A stretch of DNA of 64,000 bases from Candidatus Nomurabacteria bacterium (GTDB lineage Bacteria; Patescibacteriota; Minisyncoccia; Phycocordibacterales; SBAW01), in assembly GCA_943356415.1 (NCBI GenBank), contig CALREW010000001.1:357745-421744 (forward strand), in the 5' to 3' direction. Below are positions 38,417-48,006 of the stretch, in pieces; positions within the stretch are counted from its first letter, which is position 1, and each line of letters starts with the position of its first letter. A program made the position numbers and the translations under genes. The notes below the pieces were generated by a model. That model did not search any database. It saw nothing but the letters and a program-made list of their open reading frames with translations, and was not told the DNA's origin.

Positions 38417-39438
38417 GCGAGGATGGCTTGCGCTCCAATGGACGGATTGAGCGGCTGCAGCTCGTACTTCGGCCACTGCCGCTTAAAGAACTCGTCGAGC
38501 GGTTTGGGTTGCGCCAGCACCGGGTAGCCGCCCTGCATCATAAGCGGCGACTTCTTGAGACCCGCTTGGCGGAACAGCTCACTAGCCGTGCTCTGGTTCC
38601 AGAGCGTGAGGGCAAGCTTCCCCGCCGTTGCCGGCCGCATCAAAGTCGAACTGTAGCCGGACGCCACGCCGTCGGCGTACTGGATGATCTCGTCGGTCGG
38701 CTCGGACATCATATGGACGCGGCCGCACATCGTGAGCGGCTCGAGCACCCGGTCACACCACACGCCCCAGGTCGTCCCATCTTCCCGCAGGACATCCTTG
38801 AACTTCGGATGGAACTTCGGGATCAGGATGACACGCTGCGAGGTTTCCAGGATCGAGCTGACCAGATGACGGAGTGCCGGATCGGCATCCGGGCCACCGT
38901 CAGGATAGACGAGCAACTTGTCGCTCGCCTTCTCGCGAAGCGAGTCCATCCTCGCCTTGAGATCCGGGTTGGCCTTAACCGGTGTGATGCCGGCGAAGCC
39001 AACCTGTACGATCGAGACTTGTCTGCCGGGCCACCGCTGCCGGACGAGCGTGTCGCTCACCGCGTCGATGGTGAGGTAGAGATCGGCGGGCTGCTCAGCC
39101 CGCTTTTCCACACCCCAGTAGTCCACAGCATGCACCAGAGGAACATGGTGCGAGAAGCTGCGTGCCTGCCGATCGAATTCGGCCTCCATCACGCGCGGCG
39201 AAGAGATGCCGGTGACGAGCGCGTCGGGGTTGAGCTTGACGAGGATGTCGCGAGGGGAATCGCCTTCGTCGACGAGTTGGTAGGGCTGCAGGCTCTCGTT
39301 GAGCTTTGCCGTCGCCCTGCCGTCCTTCTCGATGAGCAGATGTACTTCATGGCCGAGGCCGCGAAGTTCCTGGACCATGGGGAGCAGCACATTGGCTGGC
39401 CCCATGTCCCGAATGGCAACAACGATTCTCTTTTTCAA
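38404..39438 (-). CDS. Divergent GT-B-like protein (high-GC module); paralog of 21571-22605
   Basis: NPDALVTG, VDYW, FHPK, SGYSSTL, AGKLAL; TTG start after GAGGT. Confidence 0.65.
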   Translation of the reverse strand: MKKRIVVAIRDMGPANVLLPMVQELRGLGHEVHLLIEKDGRATAKLNESLQPYQLVDEGDSPRDILVKLNPDALVTGISSPRVMEAEFDRQARSFSHHVPLVHAVDYWGVEKRAEQPADLYLTIDAVSDTLVRQRWPGRQVSIVQVGFAGITPVKANPDLKARMDSLREKASDKLLVYPDGGPDADPALRHLVSSILETSQRVILIPKFHPKFKDVLREDGTTWGVWCDRVLEPLTMCGRVHMMSEPTDEIIQYADGVASGYSSTLMRPATAGKLALTLWNQSTASELFRQAGLKKSPLMMQGGYPVLAQPKPLDEFFKRQWPKYELQPLNPSIGAQAILALLD

Positions 39439-39475
39439 GGCGCACCTCTAGTGCTAGGGTCAATTTCCAGAATGG

Positions 39476-39504
39476 ACCGTACTACAAATTTTCTAAACCG
39501 TCAA
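39476..39504 (-). promoter_or_regulatory. Sigma70-like promoter TTGACG-N17-TACGGT
   Basis: Exact 17-nt spacer; shares TGTAGTA with the promoter at 38261-38289. Confidence 0.55.
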
Positions 39505-39516
39505 TAGAAAGGCTCC

Positions 39517-40587
39517 CTACGCTTTCGTAGTCCGAGCTGTATCAATCACATCCTCACAATATCTTTGTATATATTCCTTTTCAGTTTGGTACGGGTACGA
39601 ATGCAGAACTCCTGTGCGGGGACCTTCGGTACTCCATGTTTGAAGTGCTATAGAAAAATCTTGTTGCGCCACAACAGCTGCTCCCGCTTCACGTGCCACG
39701 CCAACATCGGTTGAAAGCACCGGCACGCCTGCCGCGAGCGCTTCGATAATAACCATGCCGTACCCTTCATACTCCGATGGCACAAGTACGATATCTGCAA
39801 GTTGGTAGTACGGAGCTGAATCAGTATCGCCTTCAAAGAAAACACTGCTCTGCACACCACGCTCTTTTGCTAAACGTTCGAGTGAGCGCCTCTCACTTCC
39901 TTCTCCCAAAATAATGAGGCACGAGTCGGGGATATGCGCGCGAGCAAATGCATCAACGGCAAGCGAAACATTTTTCTCTGCTTCAAGACGCGAAACAACA
40001 AGACATACTGTTTTGTACTGTGAAAATCGCGCAGTGAGTTCAACAGGAGCTTGCGCATTTTTAAAGCGTTCGATGTCAACAGAAATCGGAAGTACGCTAA
40101 TAGGCGCATTCACATTGAAATGCTCGAGCACATCACGCTTAGTACGTTCCGAGACTACACGAATTCCTGAAGCGTAGGAGAGCACTCTCCGCGCAATATG
40201 CATCCGCACTTTATTGAGTATTGAGCGTCTGAATGCAGGAGAAAAAAGATCGGTGTGTATTTGCACATGAAGCGGCACGGCAAAGTATTTCGCAAGCATG
40301 AGTCCAACAAGACCTGATTCGAACGGATCCTGTACCGATATAACGCTTGGTTCTGGAAGTTTCTTTCCAATACGCACCGCATCAGTGACGTAGAGGAGTC
40401 GCGATAAGGAGTTCGTTGGATACACCTCCAGTGATCCGTCTTTTACCTCACTCAAGCCCTGCGACGCGCGAGAAAAGACAATGATGTGAGAAGCCTCGAA
40501 ACACTGCGCGTATGCCCGCACTCGCTTCCCCGCCCGACTGGCAGGATCAAGAACTGTTCGATCACTTCCTATCGTGAGGACACGCAT
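39517..40587 (-). CDS. GT4 glycosyltransferase
   Basis: QDPFESG, SRLEAEKN, SEYEGYGMVIIEALAAG. Confidence 0.9.
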   Translation of the reverse strand: MRVLTIGSDRTVLDPASRAGKRVRAYAQCFEASHIIVFSRASQGLSEVKDGSLEVYPTNSLSRLLYVTDAVRIGKKLPEPSVISVQDPFESGLVGLMLAKYFAVPLHVQIHTDLFSPAFRRSILNKVRMHIARRVLSYASGIRVVSERTKRDVLEHFNVNAPISVLPISVDIERFKNAQAPVELTARFSQYKTVCLVVSRLEAEKNVSLAVDAFARAHIPDSCLIILGEGSERRSLERLAKERGVQSSVFFEGDTDSAPYYQLADIVLVPSEYEGYGMVIIEALAAGVPVLSTDVGVAREAGAAVVAQQDFSIALQTWSTEGPRTGVLHSYPYQTEKEYIQRYCEDVIDTARTTKA

Positions 40588-41585
40588 GTGGTAATCGCTT
40601 TAAGAAAGTCATCGGCAACCGCGTTCCAATCCCTCGTAAAGGTAAAGGCTTTGATCCGTCGCTCTATATCGGCATACACCTTCGGATCAAGGAGTGACTC
40701 GATTGCACGCGTAAGCGCTTCTTTATCTTGGGTATCAACAAAAATACCAGTGTTTCCAAGTCGCTCTGAAATGCCGGTGTCTTTCGTGCAAATAAACGGT
40801 TTGCCGTAAAGCACCGCATCAATGATCACGTTGGGCGAAACATCACTCACCGACGCAAGAACAACCGCATAGCAACTTGCGATGCGCGCACGATGTGCGT
40901 CTGCAGGAAGTGCGTGAAGATCGAGCGATACGTCGTCGTACTTCTTAACAAGTTCGTGGAATATCTGCATAAGGAGTCCCTCCTGTTTGAGCTTCATCGG
41001 CCGTCCCGCCGCAACAAAGTTTTTCTCTGTCGGTGGCGTCGAGGGACGTCGCGCGGGATATTCATTCTCGATAACGGTTGCTTGGGTAAGCGGAACGTCA
41101 TACACTCGCCGCCACAACTCAATCTGCCAACGCGAATTACACGCAAGCACATCTGCGTGCTTCAGAAGAAAGTGTGTACCACGATACACGATGCGCTCCT
41201 TCAAATTCCATTTGTCGCGTCGAGTGTCGTAAAATTCTGACAACTTCACCATGTCTCCCGTGCGTTCAACGTATTGTTCCCACAGGAAATCTCCTCCTAC
41301 ACGGACAATAAATGGTCTCCCCAAAATCTTTGCCGCAATAAGCGAAGGGATACCGACACTCCACGTATCAAATGCCAAAACGACATCAGCCCCAATAAGG
41401 GGCAAAAGTACTCGAAACAAATAGACGACATGTCTTACCCCGATAGGTAGTGCTAATTCGAGGCGCGTATAAGGAACTGTTGTGCATTTGATACCACGCT
41501 CGGAAAATCGTTCAGCAAGCTTCGCTGCATAGCGAGCGCCGCCTCCCATTTCATGTGCAAGTCCGGTTGAAAAAATGACTCGCAT
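40569..41585 (-). CDS. GT4-like glycosyltransferase
   Basis: GGGARY, RVGGDFLWE, SDVSPNVIIDA; start set at ATG 41585. Confidence 0.8.
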   Translation of the reverse strand: MRVIFSTGLAHEMGGGARYAAKLAERFSERGIKCTTVPYTRLELALPIGVRHVVYLFRVLLPLIGADVVLAFDTWSVGIPSLIAAKILGRPFIVRVGGDFLWEQYVERTGDMVKLSEFYDTRRDKWNLKERIVYRGTHFLLKHADVLACNSRWQIELWRRVYDVPLTQATVIENEYPARRPSTPPTEKNFVAAGRPMKLKQEGLLMQIFHELVKKYDDVSLDLHALPADAHRARIASCYAVVLASVSDVSPNVIIDAVLYGKPFICTKDTGISERLGNTGIFVDTQDKEALTRAIESLLDPKVYADIERRIKAFTFTRDWNAVADDFLKAITTCVSSR

Positions 41586-41593
41586 AGCGTGAA

Positions 41594-42622
41594 TTACTGC
41601 TTGCCCTTCTCGAGAGAGAGGAGGAAACTTTTGTTCTCCAAGAACCAATCGACGAAGCGATCAACACCTGTCTCAATCGAGACTTTCGGTTCGTACCCGA
41701 GATCACGCTTCGCTTTCGAACAATCAGCGCGCATTTCCTTAACATCCCCCATCGGCATTGGTACCAGTTTTTTCTTTGTTACTTTGCCCATACGCTGCTC
41801 GATAAGCGAAATATATTTCTTGAGCGGCACAAGCTCAGAGCCTCCAAGATTATAGATACGATAGGAGCTCGTTGGTTTGATATCAATCAGTTTTAGAATT
41901 GAGTCAACAACATCACTGACATAGGTGAAGCATCGCTTCATATTGCCGTAGTTATACAAAGAGAGCGTTTCGCCGTTCATAATCTGTTTTGAGAATATAA
42001 AGAGCGACATGTCAGGTCTCCCCCACGGACCATAGACTGTAAAAAACCGAAGTCCGATAGTTTCGATGCCGAAGAGATGGTTATATGCGCGTGCAAGCAC
42101 TTCAACCCCCCGCTTTGATGCTGCGTAGAGCGATATGGGCGAATTAACATCACTCTTCTCCTCCGCAAGAGCTCCAGCATTATTCTTGCCGTAGACCGAG
42201 CTCGAAGAAGCGTAGATCACGCGCTTGAGCTTAAGACGACGCACCACTTCAAAGACGTTTAGTGAACCGATGTAATTGCTCTCAGCGTACGCCCACGGAT
42301 CGATAAGTGAGTAGCGAACCCCCGCCTGCGCAGCGAGGTGCACAATCTCGTCCGGCTTTTCTTTCTTTACGATTGCTTCAAGATCTTTGTAGACCGTGAT
42401 GCTCTTTTTATAAAACGTGAACTTCGGGTGTCGTTTGAGAAACGAGAGTCGCTTGTGCTTCATACGCACGTCGTAGTAATCCGAAATGCAGTCAACACCT
42501 GCCACCGAATATCCTTGAGAAAGGAGTTCTTCGCAAAGATGATATCCAATGAAACCGGCAGCGCCGGTCACCAAAATATGCTTGTTTTTAGGTGTCTTTT
42601 TGGCCTTTAACATACGCATCAA
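41594..42622 (-). CDS. NAD-dependent epimerase (UDP-glucuronate 4-epimerase-like)
   Basis: VTGAAGFIG, HLAAQAGVRYS, YAASK, LRFFTVYGPWGRPDM. Confidence 0.92.
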   Translation of the reverse strand: MMRMLKAKKTPKNKHILVTGAAGFIGYHLCEELLSQGYSVAGVDCISDYYDVRMKHKRLSFLKRHPKFTFYKKSITVYKDLEAIVKKEKPDEIVHLAAQAGVRYSLIDPWAYAESNYIGSLNVFEVVRRLKLKRVIYASSSSVYGKNNAGALAEEKSDVNSPISLYAASKRGVEVLARAYNHLFGIETIGLRFFTVYGPWGRPDMSLFIFSKQIMNGETLSLYNYGNMKRCFTYVSDVVDSILKLIDIKPTSSYRIYNLGGSELVPLKKYISLIEQRMGKVTKKKLVPMPMGDVKEMRADCSKAKRDLGYEPKVSIETGVDRFVDWFLENKSFLLSLEKGKQ

Positions 42623-43821
42623 CCTACCACAGATGCACTAGGCGAACCACCGCGCAGAATTTCTCGCATCTCCTCGGAAATCAGCTCCCACCCGTACCGC
42701 TCACGAACTAAACGGAGTCCCCCTTCAGCAATACGATTCGCCTCGATAGGCTGTTCAATAATGCGAGAAATTGCCGAGACAACTGCCCCGGCATTATTAG
42801 GTAGAACAACAAATCCAGTCTCTTGGTCACGGAGAAAATCCGGTATACCTCCAACACTTGTCCCAATAGTGGGCAACCCGGAAGCCATTGCTTCAATAAA
42901 TGAGATGCCCTGCCCTTCCGAGCGTGAGGCGCGGATAAAGCTATCGGCTGACGCCAAGTAATCAGGCAAGTCTTTCTGGGATATCTCGCCGAGGAAGGTA
43001 ACGCGGTCGGTGACGCCACGGGTACGTGCGAGCACTTCAAGCTGCGTGCGCTCTGGCCCGTCACCCGCTATGGCGAAACGAACTCGCGAAGGAAGTTCCC
43101 CCATCGCTTCAATAACAATATCTACGCCATTTTTTGGAACGAGACGTGACACGGTGATGAGCAGGTGTTCATCCTCTTTTGCATTCATCTGTTGTCTACG
43201 CTCACTGCGGCGCGCCGGCGCAATAGGTTTTCCAAAGCGACTAAGATCGACGCCGTTTGGAACAACTTTCACTCGCCGCGCGCCCATACGCTTTGCCCAA
43301 TCTCCCAAAAAGTTTGAGAGCGTCTGGACCGCGTCAGCACGAGTGAATGCCGCTCTAAACAATGGTCCAAAAATGCGCATCTGTCGCTCGATGTGCTCCG
43401 GCGGGTCTCCTTCTTGGAGCGTGAGCAAATAAAAAACCTTCGAGTGGAAACGCTTAAAGAGGCCTGCCGGTACACCCGCTGAATGTGCCATCATTCCCCA
43501 CACAATGTTGTATTGGTACGTTCGATTGAGCGACCGAGCTTTAAGATACGCAGCAATCTGAAACCAGATTTTTAATACACGGAAAAATGGTTTGCGTAAG
43601 TCAGCAATGCTCGGACTTGGAAGAGAAGGTCCAATGCGATGGACCAACACATTCCCCTCTCTCGATATGCGCGGCAGTTTTGAGTCATAGCGCAGCGTCA
43701 CCATATGAAACTCGAACTCGTCGCTGAGACGGTCCGTGAGTTCTTTGAGGGCCACTTCAGCCCCGCCGACGAAGCGAGGAAAGTAGGCCATCGAAATAAT
43801 GAGTACTTTTGGTTTATTCAT
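42619..43821 (-). CDS. GT4 glycosyltransferase
   Basis: GGAE, PNGVD, SRLVPKNG, SRSEGQGISFIEAMASG. Confidence 0.92.
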   Translation of the reverse strand: MNKPKVLIISMAYFPRFVGGAEVALKELTDRLSDEFEFHMVTLRYDSKLPRISREGNVLVHRIGPSLPSPSIADLRKPFFRVLKIWFQIAAYLKARSLNRTYQYNIVWGMMAHSAGVPAGLFKRFHSKVFYLLTLQEGDPPEHIERQMRIFGPLFRAAFTRADAVQTLSNFLGDWAKRMGARRVKVVPNGVDLSRFGKPIAPARRSERRQQMNAKEDEHLLITVSRLVPKNGVDIVIEAMGELPSRVRFAIAGDGPERTQLEVLARTRGVTDRVTFLGEISQKDLPDYLASADSFIRASRSEGQGISFIEAMASGLPTIGTSVGGIPDFLRDQETGFVVLPNNAGAVVSAISRIIEQPIEANRIAEGGLRLVRERYGWELISEEMREILRGGSPSASVVG

Positions 43822-43848
43822 TCCACAGAGACGTACACGCGTATCCTA

Positions 43849-45339
43849 TCAGAGCAACTCGTACTCTTCTGCTTCTTTATCAGCGGTAGCAACAGCGCTA
43901 GGTGATTCAGAAACACTGGAAAGACGTGTAGCTGCAATAGCTCCCGCACCGAGTGCACTTAAACTTACCGCCCCTGCAAACCAGAGCAAGAGATTTGATT
44001 CACTCGTACCCTCCGTAGACATCGGTGCCGTGACAAGGGCGGCAGCGGCACCAGCTACCGATTCAAGCGCTTTAGGAACCGGCTCAATATCAGGCTCTTC
44101 CTGAGGAGGAACAAAAAGTGGTGCGTACGAGGCAGGGGGTTCTTCAGCAATCGAGAAATGCTCGAGTGCCGCTTCTACTGGGCTCGCCTCCTCCCCATTT
44201 GGGTACAGGAGGCGCGCCAGCCCTTCTGCCGGAAGCCCCGTTGTCTGGAGCGGGAGGCGTACCCCTTCACCTGCAAGAATTGCGGTGTTTTTTGGGAATC
44301 GGAAACGCACGCCCACACGATCAACTTGCCACAGTGAAATATCGAGATCCTTCTCTCCTTTATTCAACACGGAAAGGGTGCCGTCCGTTTCCGCGCGAAG
44401 TAGCACCTCAGCCGGATGCGCTTCTGCCACAAAACGCTCTTCTGCAGTGTATTCACCGACAGATGCTATGGCCGAGACACGGTACCGCCCGGGATAGCGA
44501 TAAAAGTACTGGACCGAGCGACCTTCACGAGTGTCTCCATTGCCAAACGTCCAAACCACTCGCGCGTCTGGAACCAACTTGCCTTCAATGCCATACACCT
44601 CTGCAGAAAAAATGGAATCTGCCCCAACCGTTGTCAGTCGGTCTCCTCCTGCGTGAATACTGATTGAACGTACCGGAGTAGCAACCTGGGCTACCGCTGT
44701 TGTGTTTGTCGCACTCTGCGTTGAGGACGTACCGCTATCTTCTTGTGACGACGATGTCGAGGATGATCCTCCTGATGAAGTTCCCGGCGAAGGTGTTTGT
44801 GCTACGAACACGCTTCCGCTGCGACCAAGACTCTTCCCATCACCTTGCGCGCCCATACTTGAGGCATACGTTGCCGTGTCTTCCTCTGCATCGGCGCCGT
44901 TTTTTATACCAAGCGTCTCACCAGAATTGCTCAGCGAGAAAGAGCTGTCGAAAAGTTTGCCCGTAAACTGAGGCCAATCGAGTAAAAACTTTGCTGGCGT
45001 GACTGCAATAACAGCCACCTCCCCAGGTGCCAGTATCGTTGTGCCCTGCACCGATACCAGTGAATGATTCGTTGCCGCTTCGAAAAGTTTGAACGAAGCA
45101 ATATCAACCGATGTTGAACCAGCGTTAATGACCTCTATCCATTCACGGTCAGTATCAGTGCCTTCAACGTCATACATGATTTCGTTGATAAGCACGTTTG
45201 CGGACACAGACACCGGCAATACTGCACTTGCCACTATGGTAGACAATAAGATTGTGGTCCGTCGTGAAGACTCAGACAAAAACTTTCTGTTGAAACAGAG
45301 CTGCTCCGAAATCTTAGACAAAGCAGACGAGATCTCCAT
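43849..45339 (-). CDS. Surface protein with lamin-tail domain, Ser/Thr linker, PKD-like domain and C-terminal TM (start uncertain)
   Basis: VLINEIMYD...EWIEV, LSNSGE, TPSPG, WTFGNG...YRYPGRY. Confidence 0.8.
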   Translation of the reverse strand: MEISSALSKISEQLCFNRKFLSESSRRTTILLSTIVASAVLPVSVSANVLINEIMYDVEGTDTDREWIEVINAGSTSVDIASFKLFEAATNHSLVSVQGTTILAPGEVAVIAVTPAKFLLDWPQFTGKLFDSSFSLSNSGETLGIKNGADAEEDTATYASSMGAQGDGKSLGRSGSVFVAQTPSPGTSSGGSSSTSSSQEDSGTSSTQSATNTTAVAQVATPVRSISIHAGGDRLTTVGADSIFSAEVYGIEGKLVPDARVVWTFGNGDTREGRSVQYFYRYPGRYRVSAIASVGEYTAEERFVAEAHPAEVLLRAETDGTLSVLNKGEKDLDISLWQVDRVGVRFRFPKNTAILAGEGVRLPLQTTGLPAEGLARLLYPNGEEASPVEAALEHFSIAEEPPASYAPLFVPPQEEPDIEPVPKALESVAGAAAALVTAPMSTEGTSESNLLLWFAGAVSLSALGAGAIAATRLSSVSESPSAVATADKEAEEYELL

Positions 45340-45350
45340 GCGCGTCCGCC

Positions 45351-47249
45351 TTACTCTTCGTCGTCGCGAATCATGTTCTTAAGTACCTCCTCCGGCAACT
45401 CAGCTGGTTTGCGTGATGAAGATTGAACTGGCGCCTCTTCTTTCTTCCTTGGCTGAGTCGGTGCGTCGTCGAGACTGAGTTCCGGACCCACGTCCGGTGG
45501 AGCTTTAGGCTTAGCGGCAGGAGCTACTCGATTGAGCGCCTCGCCAAGCTTCTCACTTGTCGCTTTAGCAAGCGCATCCTTCAACGAATTCGTACCTTCA
45601 AGTGGTGGTCGATTAGGCTTCACTTCCGGTCTAACTGACTGGGCAGCAGGTCTCGGTGGGCGATTTTCATGACGACGCTCTGCTGGCACTGGAGGACGAG
45701 GTGGGTGGGATGCTTGGGGAGCTTTTTGTGTTACCGGTGGGCGAGGCGCAGAAGGACGCGGCGCTGCTGGGCGAGGAGAAGAGGTCGGGCCCAACACGGC
45801 CGCAGCCTGCTTAGCTATAAGGTCTTGGGAACGTACGCCTCGAGGAGTAAACGCCGGTCCCGGAGGGATGCCGAGCGCGTCGCGTTCTGCGCGACGAGCA
45901 TCCCGTTCCTTCTTTTTTTCAGCCTCCTTTGCAAGCTCAGTCTCAGAAGGAGCAAGTGCATCGTCTTGCCATTCATCAATACTTTTCTCTACATTAGCGC
46001 GCGGGGCGCCGTAGGTGCGTCGTGAAAATGCAATTATTTCATCGACATGCATCGTTGGTGGCGCATCAAACGGTGGCAGCGTTGCTGCTGAAAATGGCGC
46101 AGAACCTACACCATCTATTTGTAAGGTGAGGTATATCTGTGCTTTTCCAAGATTAACCAGGTCCGTTGCTTCAAACTTTGGTTTGAATATGGTTTCCAAT
46201 ACTTCAGCATCAAACGGCCCCACTCGGAAGGTTGCTGTAGTGCCGACGTTGCCGAATACCGCATCGCGCACTTCTTCCTCCATTTGCTCAATATACTGGT
46301 GCGCAATAATAAGATTGAGTTTATATTTTCGCGCTTCAGAGAGAATGTCAGCGAATGATTCATTTGCGAATGACTGGAACTCGTCTACGTAGAAATAGAA
46401 CGACGAAGTCTCAGCCATCTTCCCAGCTGAGAGATCCGCACGTGACATCGCTGCAAGATATATCTTGGTCACCAACATTGAACCTAGGAGCGACGCATTT
46501 CCCTCTCCGACACGCCCTTTTGAGAGGTTGATGATCATGATCTTTCTCTCGTCCATCATCTGACGGATATCGAAAGAAGACTTTGGCTGGCCGATGATAT
46601 TGCGAATCAGAGGATTCGATGTGAACTGACCTATTTTATTTTGGATTGCAGGCGTGGCCTCCTGAGTGTAACGATCACCGTAGTTGGCGAACTCATCTAC
46701 CCAGAAACTCTTAACCGTCGTATCGGTTATATTCTCAACAACTTTCTTACGGAAATTCTTGTTGATGAGCATGCGGTTCACATCAAGGAGTGTCGAGTCC
46801 GGATATTCAAGCAATGCAAGTAGCGTGTTGGAGAGGATGTATTCCATACGCGCACTCCATGCATCTACCCAAATCTTGCGGAACGCAGACATGAGTCCAG
46901 AGACCACCAAGTGACGTTTGTCATAGCCGACGTCCTCCATGACGTTAAAGGCAATGGGGTATTCCATATCAAACGGCGCAAAGTAGAGCACGTCGTTGAT
47001 GCGGTCCTCCGGTACGTACTCCAACAGTTTGTCAGCAGTTGAGCCGTGTGGATCGATAAAGGCGACGCCCTCTCCATTGCGGATATCTTGTATTGCCATG
47101 TTCTCAAGCATGGTCGATTTACCCATGCCCGTCTTGCCGATGACGTACATGTGCTTCGCACGATCAATACGCTTGATACCGAAGGGTATCTTTTGGCCTC
47201 GGGAGTCGGTCGAGGCAAAGTACGTTATTTTGCCCGGGTCTTCACGCAT
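45351..47249 (-). CDS. VirD4/TrwB-like (type IV coupling protein-like) ATPase with Pro-rich tail
   Basis: HMYVIGKTGMGKS, IDPHG, YVDEFQSF, LSEARKY, AHQY, GNVGT. Confidence 0.85.
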   Translation of the reverse strand: MREDPGKITYFASTDSRGQKIPFGIKRIDRAKHMYVIGKTGMGKSTMLENMAIQDIRNGEGVAFIDPHGSTADKLLEYVPEDRINDVLYFAPFDMEYPIAFNVMEDVGYDKRHLVVSGLMSAFRKIWVDAWSARMEYILSNTLLALLEYPDSTLLDVNRMLINKNFRKKVVENITDTTVKSFWVDEFANYGDRYTQEATPAIQNKIGQFTSNPLIRNIIGQPKSSFDIRQMMDERKIMIINLSKGRVGEGNASLLGSMLVTKIYLAAMSRADLSAGKMAETSSFYFYVDEFQSFANESFADILSEARKYKLNLIIAHQYIEQMEEEVRDAVFGNVGTTATFRVGPFDAEVLETIFKPKFEATDLVNLGKAQIYLTLQIDGVGSAPFSAATLPPFDAPPTMHVDEIIAFSRRTYGAPRANVEKSIDEWQDDALAPSETELAKEAEKKKERDARRAERDALGIPPGPAFTPRGVRSQDLIAKQAAAVLGPTSSPRPAAPRPSAPRPPVTQKAPQASHPPRPPVPAERRHENRPPRPAAQSVRPEVKPNRPPLEGTNSLKDALAKATSEKLGEALNRVAPAAKPKAPPDVGPELSLDDAPTQPRKKEEAPVQSSSRKPAELPEEVLKNMIRDDEE

Positions 47250-47276
47250 ATGCAGTTGAAGTATATCAAAGAGATC

Positions 47277-48002
47277 CTAGCTCTTGGTGCGCAGAAAGAC
47301 GCGTTTTAACTCGTCACCATCTCGTAGTTCCTCGGCGCTCTTCTCAAGCACAACCTTTCCATACGCAAGTACGTATGCGCGCTCCGCAACTGAGAGTACT
47401 GAAGCAATGCTGTGTTCTACGATAACGACCGCAATAGAACGGAGACGGTGTATCTCTTGTATAAGCGTAAATACTTCTTTCACTATTTTTGGCGAAAGAC
47501 CGAGCGATGGCTCATCAAGAAGAAGCACCCGCGGATCAGATATAAGCGCCCGAGCAATGGTGAGCATCTGTTGTTGACCGCCAGAGAGAAGTCCCGCTCG
47601 CTCGTGTCTCTTTTCTTTCAGGATTGGAAATATTGAAAATACTTCTTCTATCGCGCCACGGACATCTGCACGGTTAGGAAGAACGTAGCCGCCGAGCTCG
47701 AGATTCTCGAACACCGTGAGGCTTTTAAACACTTGTCTGCCTTGTGGCACATACGCGATGCCGCGGGCAACCATTTCGTGGGCGCGCGGTGTAAGTTCTT
47801 GTCCATGTAGATACACACCTCCTTTCGATAACGGTGCGATGCCAAGAAGTGCTTTGAGTACCGTGGACTTCCCTGCTCCGTTGGGGCCCATTAAGGCAAC
47901 AATTTCTCCCTCATCAATACGAATATTGACTCCTTCGAGCGCACGTATACCGCCGTAGTCAACCGTTGCATCGCGCAGTTCAAGTAAAAGTTCTTGCTTC
48001 AT
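47277..48002 (-). CDS. livF: Branched-chain amino acid ABC transporter ATPase
   Basis: GPNGAGKST, VPQGRQVF, LSGGQQQM, LDEPSLGLSP. Confidence 0.88.
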   Translation of the reverse strand: MKQELLLELRDATVDYGGIRALEGVNIRIDEGEIVALMGPNGAGKSTVLKALLGIAPLSKGGVYLHGQELTPRAHEMVARGIAYVPQGRQVFKSLTVFENLELGGYVLPNRADVRGAIEEVFSIFPILKEKRHERAGLLSGGQQQMLTIARALISDPRVLLLDEPSLGLSPKIVKEVFTLIQEIHRLRSIAVVIVEHSIASVLSVAERAYVLAYGKVVLEKSAEELRDGDELKRVFLRTKS

Positions 48003-48006
48003 ACAC

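Noticed and set aside
37298-39507. Long plus-strand ORFs 37298-38314 and 38377-39507 as overlapping genes (also 31584-32480 and 58802-59611)
   Set aside because: Expected from C/G-ending codon bias, which removes antisense stops; promoter, SD and terminator all support the other strand.
45351-47249. Conjugative element
   Set aside because: No relaxase, VirB genes, integrase or att repeats around it.
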